A stretch of DNA of 64,000 bases from Hydrolagus colliei (GCA_035084275.1 CM068755.1:9672001-9736000), one strand, 5' to 3'; shown: positions 13,801 through 27,689, counted from the stretch's first letter. Made by a program: numbers and translations. Notes: generated from the sequence alone by a model not told the origin.

Positions 13801-14627
13801 ACCTGTTTCAGAGTCCTATGTGCAACATGGTAGACTTATCAAGCATAGTTAGCAGGTCTCAGAAGCTTCAGAAGCTGTTTGAATCCAATTTACTGGACAA
13901 TGCACTTTCATTTGATATAGTTACATTTAGTTTATTCAATTAAATGTTTATGTGGAACGTCACCAACTAGTTGCAAACTATTGTGTTAGTTAAATAAGTT
14001 TTTTTTTACAAGATCACTTGAAAATATAATTTTTTTTTGCCTTATATTGAAACTCCTAAACATGCTTCATAATAATTGCTGTAGTGATCATGTATTTGAA
14101 GGTGAACAGGGCAGTCAATTTGTCGCAGCAATGTTCCACTAATGGCCACAAAGTGAATGACCATTTTTTAAAATCCGAAACTTTACAAAGTGATGATTAG
14201 TTTCGAAGAAGCTTTCCATTATTTAGGTCAAGCATAGAACTCCCCAAATACCTACTGTATTGCACATTTTCACAGTGTACAAATTATTCCTCATCAACCT
14301 GATTTCGTATTTCTCCAGTTAACATTTACAATGGGAGTTGGATAAAGAAAATCTCACTGAGCAACGGTGAGTAGGTGAATAGTACAGGAAAGAATAAAAC
14401 AGAATTCAGGAACATTTGGACAAACTAATCGCAATGGGTTGGTTGTCAGATGTATTTTCTTGTAGTTGAATGCTGGATAATGCTTATTGTAATAAGAAAC
14501 TTTAATTATGAATGCACAATGAAGTGGTCTCCATTAATAATGGAGCAAAAGGAACATAGAAATAGACAAATAAACATGAAAGCAATCTCCAAAAGTGACG
14601 TTTGGTACAGTTATTAACCATTCACTA

Positions 14628-14705
14628 ACAACAAAACAACAACAACAACAACAAATGAAATTTGTAGAGCGCCTTTCATGTCGGGAGGCCATCCCAAGGT
14701 GCTGG
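14628..14705 (-). mobile_element. L2 3' tail remnant
   Basis: (AAC)n + agcgcctttcatgtcgggaggccatcccaaggtgc. Confidence 0.7.
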
Positions 14706-15589
14706 ATTTCAGTCAGATTGAAGTGCAGAATAATGTAGCTCACTGTTGCTTGCTGAGTTTGTGAGCTTGAATAATTCCAACAAATGTCTGATTGTATGGA
14801 AGAAAATTAAGATGCTGTGTCTTAGCATTTGTGGTGTTCCCACCTGAGCCACAAGTAGAGGCACTTACTATAACACATGGATAGTACAGTATGTGTTATG
14901 GTAAGTGCTGGCATAGTACTCCCAATATATCTGAACTTTGCCGTTACTTTAAAATTGTTTGTTCTTAGTTTCTGGACAGTACTTAAAACACTACTCCATT
15001 TTGCCCTTCATGAATGTAATCTGCAAAACGGTAATTGTGTTAATTAGATATCTTCATTAGAGTGCTAATTGGGCTGCAGCTGTTGAATGAGGAATGAAGA
15101 GAGATCCTGACAAATAGCTTAGTAAATATTTCACAGAATGGAAGACCATACATGACTGGCAAAATGCCAGATATAACATCTTCTGCTTTATTGGGATAAA
15201 TAATTGCATATTTACACAATAGCATTGTCCACAATTGCTTACAGCCAAACCCGAGTATAAACAAATCCACGTGAACATCTGCCCTCAATTATTACCAAAG
15301 CATTCCTACAAAACTGTACTATGCAATGTATCCTCCACTGTAACCTTCACATTTTCTCCCACACATACCACAGCAATAATATGACAGGGTTGGGTAGCTA
15401 TCAATGAGCTATTTTTTGGGGTCACCTGGGACTCTGACACGGTTGGGAACCTTTGCCATGCTTAAGAGTCTCTCCAATTCCAGCTAGTGAGAACTCTGAG
15501 TTCTGCAGTGTGCCTGGTGGAGACTACCCTCCCCATCCCTACTTGCCTGAGACCAGAGGGCACAGATGCATCTTGTGAGATCTCAAATT

Positions 15590-15840
15590 GCCTCCTCACG
15601 TTGACATTAAAAATCCCACTGCATTCTTTGTAAAAAGAGAAGGGAATTTCTCACAGTGTCCTGGCCAACAATTCCCCCCACTATCCCCAGAAAATGGATC
15701 ACACAGCGTTCATTTCATGATTGTTTGTGGGACATTCAAATTAGTTGCAGCGCTCACTTCCAGAATATGCAGTCACTACAATTTACAGAATCCAGTGAAG
15801 CACTTTGAGACATCCTCCTGATGTGAAAGATCAATTATAA
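15590..15840 (+). mobile_element. DeuSINE 3' part
   Basis: gacattaaaaatcccactgcattc...gtgtcctggccaaca...ttgtttgtgggaca...tgaagcactttgagacatcc. Confidence 0.7.
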
Positions 15841-18800
15841 CGATTAATGTTTTTTTAAAATATAAATTGCATTGAGGTATCCTGGAATGGAACCAACTTG
15901 GGAATACGATAACAAAATTACTATACTGTGTGCAGTATATATGAGCCATTGTTTATTTGTACACAGGTGAAATAGGACAATCAAAGGAAAACACTTGAGC
16001 TGTCTCGAGGAATAAATGAAATGATTGCAAGTGTGTTTATTTTGACATTTCTGTATTCTATGTTGTTAAGCATTGATCTGGTGGGAAATGGACTATTTTC
16101 AATGGATGTGGTAGAAAAAACAAGGTGTTAGTAACGTTAAACAATGAGGGGGTGAAATTCAAAAGAACAGGTAGACCAGATGGTCACAGAAGAGGGGGAG
16201 AGGAGGGGGAAGGTGAGCTGTTATGGCCTGTTATGGCGCTGCGGTGCATTGGAACAGCATAGGAGACCGTGGATGGAGAGATCAGACTGCTTGTGGGTAG
16301 AAGAAATTAAAAACCTTGAGTTAGATCAGTTTTTTTTTGCCTTTTTGTATACTAATATTTGCATTTCAGGATTTTGTCTTTCAATTTCTTTTTCACATTC
16401 ACTCCTTCGTTCACCCTTGGCTTCAGTTACCAATTACCTCTCAATGGTGTTAAGTGCTCAACATGCACTTTCCTGTCCTGAGAGCAACATAATTCCTTGG
16501 GCAATTACAACTATTTTGTTTGAATGTGGAGTAAACTGGGTAAATATTGGCAACACATGCACTGTTCAGAGTGATAATGAATCTTTGATGGAATTGGTTT
16601 GCAGGCAGCAATTGAGACAATGGCCTTTGCTGTGATTCCATCATTGGTGATTTAGTTACCAGACAATGCTTGAGGTGCTTAGATTCAATAAACTACTAAT
16701 ACTGATTTATGTGCAACATTTGAATTTAGTCAGTTTGTATTCTAACTTGCATCACCAGTGGCACTGAAGGTGATTAAAAACTGAACCTCCTTGCATGTGC
16801 TCATTTCAGATATCAACATCACTGTGCATTATTACTACATGGATGATGCCTGCATTGGTTAGGTAAGTTGCTTATTAATGCTGTTTTGATGTGGTCTGTG
16901 TTCAACAAGAGCAAAGTGCAGCCATTTTATTGTGGGACTGGCTTTTCCAATCTATAAACTTGGCTGTTTGTTGCCGACTTACCTTGTTTCCCTGCTGCAC
17001 TTTTTAGCCAGATAGTGTGCTGCTCTGTGGCTCCAGTCTTTCAACTAGGTTTTGAATATTTTTAAAAAATGGATTATGGAATGATTTGTAATAAGACATT
17101 ACAACTTGACCTATGTTGCAGCCTCCTACTTCGCTTCCTTCCTGGATTTCACCTACCAATTGCATCTCTTCCTCTCCTTAAATCTTAACGATACTAACAA
17201 TGATTTCTCATTCTCCTGCGCCTTTTAATTTTTGTGCTGTTTATTTCCTTTTTTTAAAAAAATCCTCTTCGCTTGGTCGTCTTTTGCTGTTCCGATTTAA
17301 TGAACGGATGACCCTGCTTCCTCTGTCTCTTCTTGTCCCATCAACCAAAGGAATCTCAAGACATCCACCAGTCTGGAAATTGGTCTCCTTGGTACGGATG
17401 ATGAGATGCCTGTCTTAACGCCTCCTACTCTAAAATTAATTTCAGTAATGTAGAAGTAGCTCAGATGACTACTGGCAACACATGAATATCAATCTCTTCA
17501 TTACTTCAGGGTGTCCCACTTTGTTTCAGTACAGTACACTATCCTCACTACTTATTGCAAAATTCTACATTACATGATTTAAGAAAATGATGTCTCATAT
17601 CTGCAATACCACTTTGCTTTAATTAATTTACTTTCAATGCTTCTAGAGCATATCACTTAAATGGAATTCACCAGTCTCTTTCTCTCTAATTCAGCCATTT
17701 CATTCCCAAAGCAGTAATAAACTTTACTTCTAAATGTTGCATTAATTCCTGTGTTCCCACTTTGCAGCATTGAAATCATGCACTTCCACTAATGCAGGAT
17801 TAAAACCTTATCCTGTGTTTCTTTGCCACTAAATAGGATCAGTGCAACAAACTGTGGCACTAACACTATTTAGCAACAATGTAAAGGCATTCAAATTCTG
17901 CCCTGAGAGGCGTGTGCTAGATGCAAGGAATAGAAATGTTCCCAGTGGCTTGTGGACAGTTTAACTGCTGATGGGTCTGGGCTAAAAAAAGAAGTGAGAA
18001 TGTTTTGAAACACCTTTAACGATGCAAAAAATAACAACATTAAAAAAGGGGGAAAAAAACCGACTTGCGGGTTCGTAAGGCAGCAGGTGACATGTTTCAT
18101 GAGCAGCATGTGGTCAGGCTGTGGTCAGAATTTGGAGGTCGTTCTGCAAACGGCTGACACACACCAAGTTGCATATACTGTATAGTGTTCAAAACATACT
18201 GATCCCAGCAGAGTGGTCTTATGATAGTGCGCTTCCCCAATTATTAGTGCATAGGTGAAAACAAACAAAGAGAGACTATCCACTCATCATCAAACTTAGT
18301 TCATACAGAAAGATGGATTCTATAGTCCTTGCACCTTCAGCTGAAAAGAATATTAAAGGCTCCATTTAGTTTTCAGTCATGTCAGTGTTTAACGCTTTAA
18401 AATGGGTGCTAAGATGAAGTTTGTTTTTACCATTTTTAACAATTTACCATTCCTAATGTAGGGTAGTTGAGGTAAAAACAATAGAGACAGTTTAACAGAA
18501 GTTAGATGTTGTTATTGTAAAATATGATCGAGGGATCAGCTTTGGTGGGTGAAAGTTTTTGTTTTGAGTTGTCTTTTGTTCTTCTGTTTAGATGCAGATG
18601 ATGCAATTTAAATTTTTTCAAAACGTCATTGGGAATTCTCGTGCTCAAACCAAAATTATATGGGACGATGTTTGCTAAATACTTAAACTCATGCCTCATA
18701 TGCTATTTCTCTCGATACTTATTTGCTGCAGCTCAATGATGAAGCTGCTTGCACTGCTTTGGCTCTGCATTTGTACACCAAATCTGATTAAGTTATTTTC

Positions 18801-18994
18801 CTGAGCTTTAAGAGGAAATGTTGGCTCCTGGATAAGGATAAACTTCAAAACTTTGCAATGCAAATCATGTGCTGCCAAGGTCTCGCTACAATTGTTAATT
18901 GAGAAAACTTCATGTTTCCTGCTCGGATCTCAGATGACCTGGTAATTCCCACTCCTCATTATGTGTTAGGCTTCTTGAGAATTGGTCGTGAAGT

Positions 18995-19350
18995 GGCTGG
19001 AGGCTGCTTAGTTTGCACCTCTGAGCCAGAAAGATGAGAGTTCATTGTCAAGGCTGAGCTCGCATTCTGCGATCTGAGCTCATAATCTAGGTATACATCC
19101 AAGTGCACTACTGGGAGGAACGTTGCACAAACCTTTAACCCATTTCTCTACTTATGTTAAAGATCTACTGACAATATTGAGAAAGAGAGGGGATTTTCCC
19201 TGGCCAACAAGGCCCCCACAGATTAATTAGTCATTCATCTCATACCCATTTCATTGGCGCCAGATGGTACAAATGGATGCTGTATTTGCTCTCAAAATCT
19301 GTCGCTGCTTTGAGATTTTTTATATGATAAGGTGCTATGCAAATTCATAT
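18995..19350 (+). mobile_element. Degenerate DeuSINE
   Basis: cctctgagccagaaag head, ttaaagatc...tttccctggccaaca body and gataaggtgctatgcaaat tail. Confidence 0.55.
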
Positions 19351-19974
19351 TTAATCCATAATCCAAATTATAGCAGTAATATGGAAATAATGGGCATCTG
19401 AACTCCAGCCAAAGTTGCAATTGCAGACACAGACCTTCCCTGATCTGTGGGAAACTTCCAATGGTGATGTAAAATTGAAAAACAAAAAAAGCATTAGTTG
19501 GCCTGCATGGAGAAGCTGAGATTGCTCCAGTAAAACATGGTGGATAGAACAGTTAGCAGCAACAGGCATCACTGCTTACCTCGATGTTCTGACGTTGGTG
19601 TCAGAGGATTAATTACAGATGAAATTGGAACATATGTGGAACTCTCAGTAGTTTGGTTTGGATCTCTTAAGCACGGTGATTGTTTTCCACGTGCATCAGA
19701 CACCCAACCAGACAAATAAAAATGACTTCAGGACATGGTACGCAGTGCCTTGGTGCCTCTGGAGGTCACAGTGCCTCCTCCAATGCCGCCACTCGTGCCT
19801 CCACAGGAAGCAAACTGGCACCAAGATGAATAGGCCCAGTAACCAGCGCTGCCACTCTCAATGTAGCCGCTGTTTAGTTCAGAATTGACACAAGGAAGGT
19901 GACATCACCAAGCTAATTGCACGCTGACATCAGCAAAGCGTTTATTGCCCATTAGAAAATATAAGTGCAGTCAG

Positions 19975-20110
19975 TGAATGTGATAATACTTGTGGCAACT
20001 TGATGTGCGCAAATTGGAGAACAATAAATTGCAGTCACTACACTTGACAGCAATTTACTGTGAAGCACTTTGAGACGTTTGGACATTTTTGGTGATATAT
20101 TAAACACATG
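19975..20110 (+). mobile_element. SINE 3' fragment (Deu end + L2-derived tail)
   Basis: tgtgcgcaaattgg...tgtgaagcactttgagacg. Confidence 0.55.
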
Positions 20111-21174
20111 GAATATTATGTAATGTATAATAATCTAATGTTCAGAGCCAAGCATGTGACTCGTTTCGAAGACAGGTCATTGCCATCAGTGGCAAGAGCT
20201 GACCACAGCCATAGACCACAGCCTCCAGTTGCCTCATTTACTTTGAAACATTATCAAACCTTCATCTGACCATTTCAGATCTCTTTGAGGATGATTGCGC
20301 TCAAAGGCATCAGCTTATCTTAATCTTCCTCTTTCTTGAAGCGGTAAGGGGAGAGTCCTCTTAGTGACAGGTGCTCACACAGAATTCATCCATCTGCTTC
20401 CAATTACAGAACCAAAGCAGAGAGAACTGGGCTCTAACTCGCGGACTGCTCTTTGAAAATCCTTTATTACCTGTGAAGAGCCACTCGTCTTTGTAGTACC
20501 TTTTACTCAGTTTATTTTTACACAGTCGTGTTCCTCTCATTCTTCAGCTGTTTTGTAAAATAGCGTTGGTTTGGCTTCAGTCATGACAGAAGATAAATGA
20601 GCTCTGGGTCCTCAGTGAATCAGTATGGCTGCCAGGGGGTTCCAAAATAGCAAACTATTTTTCATAGAGCAATGTGATATGAAATTAGATGCAGCAGGCA
20701 TGCTAACATTTACCATCACAGGTAGTGCATCGGGAATTCATTTAGTTTTCTTCTGTGTCAAAGTAACTTCCTAGCATTGGAATTTACATACAGACTGTGT
20801 GCAGCATAAATTTCTGTGTAAAATAGTGTTATACATGAAGTTTCAAAGACAAACTTTGCTTAAAATTTTAATTAACCCGTCATTGTTCTGTTTTATTCCT
20901 CGCGTAGTTAATTTAGATCCCCACCCCCACCCCCCACCCCATATTCTCCTCGATCTGTCTCTACCGTTTCCATAGTAACTGGCTTCCATGGATTCTCCTT
21001 TCAACTTCCCAGATGGCTTACGGACTCCTCCACAGCTCTGACACTGTTGATGCTGTGAAATAAGGAACTAGAGTACCGCACAACAGGTCAGCCTCAACTT
21101 TGAGGTGTCAACCTTGAGGTGGGTTGCTATGTCTGCCGCGTTCCCAGTGGAGGGTGAAACCCACCAAAATACTA

Positions 21175-21232
21175 ACAACAACAAAATGACATTTGTATAG
21201 CGCCTTTCGCGTCGGGAGGATGTCCCAAAGAG
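21175..21232 (-). mobile_element. L2 3' tail remnant
   Basis: (AAC)n + catttgtatagcgcctttcgcgtcgggaggatgtcccaaag. Confidence 0.7.
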
Positions 21233-22484
21233 TACCAGCTAGGGAGAATTCCGGATTATAGTAATATAAGGTGCCCATTTCAGCTGCCCTGCACTGACAT
21301 AATCCTCTAACCTCAGAACAACCTTTGTTTGCTTTGCCTGTTGCTATTTTTGTTCTTTCTTGAAACTCCAACCATTGGAGGTTCAGAGTGTGCAATTGCA
21401 AGAGTTTTACACAGTTAATACAAGTGTAATTTTATTGTTGTTGTTGTTACTGCACATCTATGAACGTTCAGACAGAAGATTGTGGCCCTAAACAAAAACA
21501 GGGTTGAGAATGTGTGAGAGTACATTTTAAGCAACTCCTTTCTCGCCTGGTTTGAAACTCAGGATCTGAAAAGAAATGAAAGTATCTGAGATCAATCTCC
21601 TCACCCACATGAACAGTAGATTACTTCTGATCTTTTAATCAAAGAAAGTGTGCTTGATTCCTCTAGATGGCTAGTTGGACCAAAATGTCTTATATATCAA
21701 ATAGCATTGCTGTGCTGCCATCAACCCTGCCTTTGGTGGTAGCACTATCATATGAAGAAGGTTGTGCAAGTTGAGTTCAGAGACACTGGTTACCAAAGCA
21801 TCCTGTCCCTGGAGCCTTGGTGTTGTGCTGGCGCCTGGTGCCAAGTAAATATTTCTGTGGAGTTGGCCACTATTTGGGTTTGATGGCCTCTGATGACAGA
21901 ACCCACGTGCCAAGGAAGGCCTACAGTCAGAAAAGCAAATTGGACTTCATCACTTGGATTAAGTGCAAAAATGGTAAATCCATAGTCCCAGCAGCCATGT
22001 ACAGCAAGAACCCCTCTTTAAGCCAGAAACTTCTCATCCCATGAGCTGAATCCAAATGGATCTTACGGTTCTTTGATGAGTGACTTAAACCAAATTTCCC
22101 CTTGTCCTGTTTGAATGAAGGGAATACTTTCCATGAATAGTCTATGCTGCTGTCCTGTAGGAAAAGAGATGAACCAGGGCTGCCACTACAACTGGCTGTA
22201 ATCATTATCCTCTGCTCTCTAGGATTAATATGCCGCTGGTTGTGTTTTACGGGACAAAAAAATGCACCACCAGCCAAACCACCAAAATGTTCACTGCTAT
22301 AAATTTGACATTAAGTGGTATTAGGTTTTTATTTCATAAGCTAGTTTTTTTTTACTCAAGGTACAATTTCAATATAAAAAAAGCCACATATGAAAAGACA
22401 AGTCCAATTCTAGAAAACAAATCTACACATACTGCATTATCAAATTCTTTTTAGTGATTTGGATGGTATAGGGAATTTTTTTAA

Positions 22485-22665
22485 TGCGTTTCAATTCTGG
22501 AACCTGGCCTTGAATCCAACCTAGATTGATGAGATGAAAGTCTTCTCTGCGTGCTGGCTTTAAGGATTCTGTACAAAATCTATATGGGCTATGTTCATTC
22601 AGATCTTAGTGGGCATGGCTGCAGAACATAAAAATGTCCTCCATTTGGGATTAACTAGCAGTATA
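22485..22665 (+). mobile_element. LF-SINE-like ancient SINE fragment
   Basis: cgtttcaattctggaacctggccttgaatccaacctag...gatgaaagtc...cagatcttagtgggca...atttgggattaactagca is colinear with the remembered LF-SINE consensus (cctttcacctct...aatccagcccag...tgaaagtc...cagttcctagtgg...aattggcactaattggca). Confidence 0.5.
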
Positions 22666-22667
22666 TT

Positions 22668-22930
22668 TGGTCAGTAGCACTTTTGCCTCTGAATCAAAGT
22701 TGTGAGCTCATGTTTGGGGATATTTGCTCATAGTTCGACTAACACTCCAATATACTGTACTGATGTTAAAGCATCGTCGCATGTGTATTTCTTTGAATGA
22801 AACATTAAACCAAGACTCCATCTGTAAAGTAATTTACCTCCTGGCTGCATGTACAACATTGCTGTGTGTAAATTGTCTGCATATACTTTACAGAGACCTG
22901 TGAAGAGCTATAAGGCTTCAAGGTGCTATA
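22668..22930 (+). mobile_element. Degenerate DeuSINE
   Basis: gtagcactttttgcctctgaatc head; acactccaat...gaatgaaacattaaaccaag; aaggtgctata tail. Confidence 0.6.
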
Positions 22931-22932
22931 CA

Positions 22933-23285
22933 CAATCCTTGCATTTGATATGCAACACCCTCAAGACATCTCAAAGCCCTTCACAGAAATTAATGTAATG
23001 TGGAGTGACTGTATTTTGTAGTTGAACTCGGCGGTCAATATGCAAACAGCGTCCCACAAATAGCCATGTGATCAATTTTATTTGGGAAATTGTTGACCAG
23101 AAATTCCGTTCAGTTTTCAAATAGTGTGAGATCTGTAACATCCACCTGAACAGATAGGCAGGCGCTCTGTTTAACATCTCACCTGTAGGATGGTACCTCC
23201 AATAATGCAACTTGGCCCAGCACCACATTGGAGAGTCAGCCTAGACTATGAACTTGAAGTACTGATGTAGGGCTTGAACCCATAT
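22933..23285 (-). mobile_element. DeuSINE, tail-to-tail with the preceding copy
   Basis: aatccttgcatttgata...gtcccacaaatagcc...catccacctgaacag...gtttaacatctcacc...ggagagtcagcctaga...gggcttgaacc. Confidence 0.75.
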
Positions 23286-26200
23286 GTAAGGATTATTTTG
23301 TTACATTGGCAATTTCACTCAGAGAAGCCCCAAGGGAGGTGAGTAGGTGCAGAGAGGAATCGCTGTAACGTGTTTGCTTTTATTGTTCAATGACTGAAAA
23401 CAATCAGCTCAGCAGCTAATTTATCTTACACTGATGGCAAAAAAGCAGTCTTTTCATGACATCTTAATAACGGTATAAAGAGGTAGGGAAAAGATTGCTG
23501 CTTCCAGCAATCAGAACAAGATAACCACAGTATCAAAAATGCGTTTTAAAATAATTGTATTTTCACAGAAAATCTAATTTTAAATGCGAGGGACCATGGT
23601 GTAATAATCTAGGCAAGTTGTAACTTTACAGCGAGTAACAATTCAGATCATGATCAATTAGTTACTGAGCAAGATTTAATCTATTGAACTAAATGATTCA
23701 AACAAACAGGGTCTGCTTCCACTCTGGATATAGAATTCATGACTTTGTGCACAGAGTCCCCAGAATGATGAAAGGATGTAATTTGCTGTAATCCCATCAA
23801 GAATGAGGTTGTGAACTGTAAGAGTGTTTTCTTTTTGTCCAATTTACAGATCCTACCTGAACCATTGATGTTGGATTAGAGCTTTTGCTATATGGGTTCA
23901 GTGTTTGCTAACGATTATGGATTATGGGTCCCGCAGCTGGTTATAAACTAAAGTGATGTTAGTGAGAGAGTGTAATTGTGCTATTTAACCAAAGATAGAC
24001 CACGTGTGCTGCATTTACATTGCTGGTGGCAAAGTTGGAATGTAAGCAAGGTAGCATTACTCTGTTGCTGGAGGTTTGTGCATAACCTCCTTTGATTTCT
24101 CTGGTCACCTCTACAGCAATGCCAACCCACTGGCAAACATCAACATATGCACAGCAGCAGAGGGCAGTGGCTTCTCACTGGGAGCAGAATAAACCCATTC
24201 AGTGTCTCTCCATGAGATACTACTGTACGTAGCAGGGATTCTTCATAAATATGTTTTTTTAATACAAAGCTGTTTTTAGCAGTTGTTAGAATTTTATATT
24301 ATGCAACTTTGTACATACATCTTTATGGAATATGTCAGATCACCACATTGGTTGAAATTAGCAAAGGCTGAATTAACAAGTGCAGTGCTATATACTGTAT
24401 AAGTATATAAATTAGTGTACAGTGTTGTTTCTCAACTAGCTGTTAATGGGTGGGAGTAGGAGGAAGTGTGACCAGCAAAATGATTGACAGTTCTGACTTC
24501 ACAGCCTGAGGACAAGAAATATTGGCAAGTCTATAACAAATCTCAATCTGCTGGTAGATGCACCTGCACTGTCAAGGTGGAGCCTGAACCATGAGTACCA
24601 CCATCAGGATTTGCTTTGCATTTTATCACTACAATTACCTAGATCGTATCAGAATGAACCGCTTGCCTGCATAATAATATCACCAGCATTCACTCCAGTA
24701 AAATGCCATGCAAATGTATCAAATCATAGATAGCAAACAAAGAAGGGTGTGTTTATTTGCCAGTGGGTTAAAATAACTGATTTTACATTGATCTGGGATT
24801 CAATACCATTTTTTTTATTGAATGAGGATACGGCACTGAACTGACAGAAGATCGGTGTTCCAATAAAAAAGACGTTTGTTAAAATATACCCTCTCTGTTA
24901 GAATTCAATACAAATTTACATTTATATTATTTTGTGACTTCAATAGGCTGGATTTCAAATTAACCAGGTGCATCTACAAAAGCGGAGAGAACTTTTTTTT
25001 GCAGAAAGAACTTTGAAAGATTATTACTTTGAAATAAAGTAATAAATTACAGTATTTCTCCCCGTCTTTTGGCACATTTCATCCTCTAAAATGCCAACCC
25101 TGTGGCTTTTCTACTCATAGTATTATGTTGTGTTTAAATGAGTGAGAATTAAGTGAGAATGAGTGCAGGATCCTGGCATTTACCCCCTTCCTATTAACCT
25201 ATTTCAGTGATTACTCTTTACATTGGAGTCTAAACTTGCTCCAAGGAACTCTAAACTTGTGTCCTCTCTGAGTGCAGTGGAAAGTATTATTCTGTGTTTA
25301 CGCTTTCCTCATTTCACTCCTGAGGGTGATGATGATCAGATTTTCGGATGCAAAGGGTTTGAAAGTGCGTTACGTTGCCAATCACTTGAGCTGCCGCTGT
25401 ATTTTGGGATTCTATTAAGAAAGCCACCAAACCTACCTAGTCCAGTTTTGTGCTCATGCATAATGCATGTAAAAATGATGAATATTTAAATTCCAGAAGA
25501 GATGTTAGTAATTTGTTAAATTTTCTTAGGTTGCAAAATTATTTACTCTGTTGCCATTTCCCCACCACCCCCAACTATACCCAACTATACTATACCTACA
25601 GAACTGGCTTCAAATGATTCAAGGTTAACAGGCTCTATGGACAGTTTGCACTTCCAGAGTTGCTTTGTGCAGCAGTGGTTGAGAATGCACAAGAACTCTT
25701 TCTCTCACACTTAGTTGCTTAAGTCACCGTTAAAGAATCTAAGTGATTTCATGTTAAAGCGCAAGTGTTTAACAATTTATTTGGCATTTGCCAAACGCTG
25801 TGACAGGTTAGAATGCGCTATTAAATGCACAGAAATGCTATTGTGCCACTTATATGTGAGTTTTTTGTGCTGGTAATATTAGACGGCTTTATCAGCCACT
25901 CTCCCTTCCCACTAACAAAGGCAGCACCTCGTTTGGCACATTTATACTGCATGGCACTTCAGCGCGGTTTAAATAAAGCCTCTTTAACACTCTGCGTGTC
26001 CTGCCTGTGCTGTGGAATGTGCTCTATTCTCACAAGATCACAAGAGAAGTTCAAATGAAGAAGACGTTTTGATCCATTTGTAAAGTGTCCAGTGTCCTGG
26101 ACTCTTCTAGACTGGACTTACATAGTTTCCAAATCACTGGCATCACTTTCTGCCTGCATGCTTTCCCTGTTCTTTGTGGTCAAAACTTCATTGCTGGACC

Positions 26201-26544
26201 TTTGCCTGCTGCTATCTTGGATCTTGCTGTTTCATGGATGGGTGAAGACTTTCCTCGAAAGGGGTTTTATTGAGATATACACTAAAATATCTCCTAGTTG
26301 AGGACACGGGTCAATTAAAGGGCTGCAGTATAAACACAGCACTTAAGATCCTGACTGACTGTGTTCTCTCAGTGACCACAATGGTATTTAGAAGCAGTGA
26401 GTTAGTCAACAGATTGGTTCATTTGTAAACGTTCTGTTTCAATCTTGCCTCTGACTGAGAACAGTGACATTCACCTGCTGTCTAGGCCCATCATATTAAT
26501 TCCTGACTGTGTTATTGTATTCAATTAATAAAGGAGGATAGTCT

Positions 26545-26612
26545 GCATTTCAGCGCCTTGGGACGTCTTCCCAATGTGAAAGGCGCTCTATAAATGTAAT
26601 TTGTTGTTGTGT
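26545..26612 (+). mobile_element. L2 3' tail remnant
   Basis: agcgccttgggacgtcttcccaatgtgaaaggcgctctataaatgtaatttgttgttg. Confidence 0.75.
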
Positions 26613-27251
26613 TTTAAAGCTAACGGAAAAACAAGTAACCAGCACACTTCACGTAGTGTTGCAAAGGCATTATAGGGTCTATTCAGAGAGCTGTGTAAAC
26701 AAGTATAGAAAGTAGATATATGGGCAACCAGTGCATGAATGGCACTAAGAACAGGGACAATGATATGTAGTGAAACCTTCAAAGGAACAAAGCATCAAAT
26801 TGGACTCAACATTTTAGATCCAAGTAGAGCTAATCCCAGGTACAAGTGAACTGTCACCATGCTATTGAACCCATACTAAGGGTTCAATCTATGCATCAAC
26901 TGTACTTGTAACCAGAGTGTTACAGCGACTGCTCACAATGTACATTACCCTGGTTGTATTTTATTCTTGATGGCAAATAGTAAACCTTGAATATATTACA
27001 CAATACAACATAAAAAATTAAGTGTGATTTTATGGAAAACAGAACTACAGCAAATGTTAATTTAATAAGCAAGAAAGGTTAAATAATAATTCCTGATTTC
27101 TACATATGCCAACTTAATTTTCTCTGATACTTAGTCGTGTTAGATGAGCAATGAAACATAGATTATATAGACAGTGAGCTTAGAATAACCTTTAATAGAA
27201 AAATCACCAAACATATCAACTGAGCAGCTCCCCATTCATCAGTCAGCGGGT

Positions 27252-27264
27252 GGTCATTCTGACC
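27252..27264. promoter_or_regulatory. Perfect estrogen response element GGTCA-ttc-TGACC
   Basis: Exact IR3 palindrome GGTCAnnnTGACC in non-repeat sequence; motif match only. Confidence 0.35.
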
Positions 27265-27689
27265 CACTGCTATGTAGTTTATCACTTAATGATCAGTCTA
27301 ATGAATGCAGAAACTTCCTATTGAACACGGTTTTGGCAACAACGTATTCCCTATCACTCAGGAAAGGACAAGAATACCCAGAAACTTCCACCAACACAAA
27401 ATCTTTCTGTATTAATCACTGTTCTGTTTTTAAAATTTCAATTAGTTTCAATGACCCAATTTGAGAGATTGTCCTCTTGAACAGGTCAAAAGTATTCTAG
27501 CTTTAAATATCTTGGAAATAAAGCGTTAAAATTTATGCCAATGTCTGATGTTGTGACAGTGGAATTCACACTTTTACATTTTGTGATTGAGACAAAATGT
27601 TTCACCATATACTGTGCTGTATGGGAGCACAGGACAAGTGCACAGAATACAATGGCTAGGTGTCAACCTGGTTTAGAAGTTACCACTCT

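Noticed and set aside
25781-25794. TTGGC-attt-GCCAA NFI-like palindrome
   Set aside because: The spacer is 4 bp rather than the required 5.
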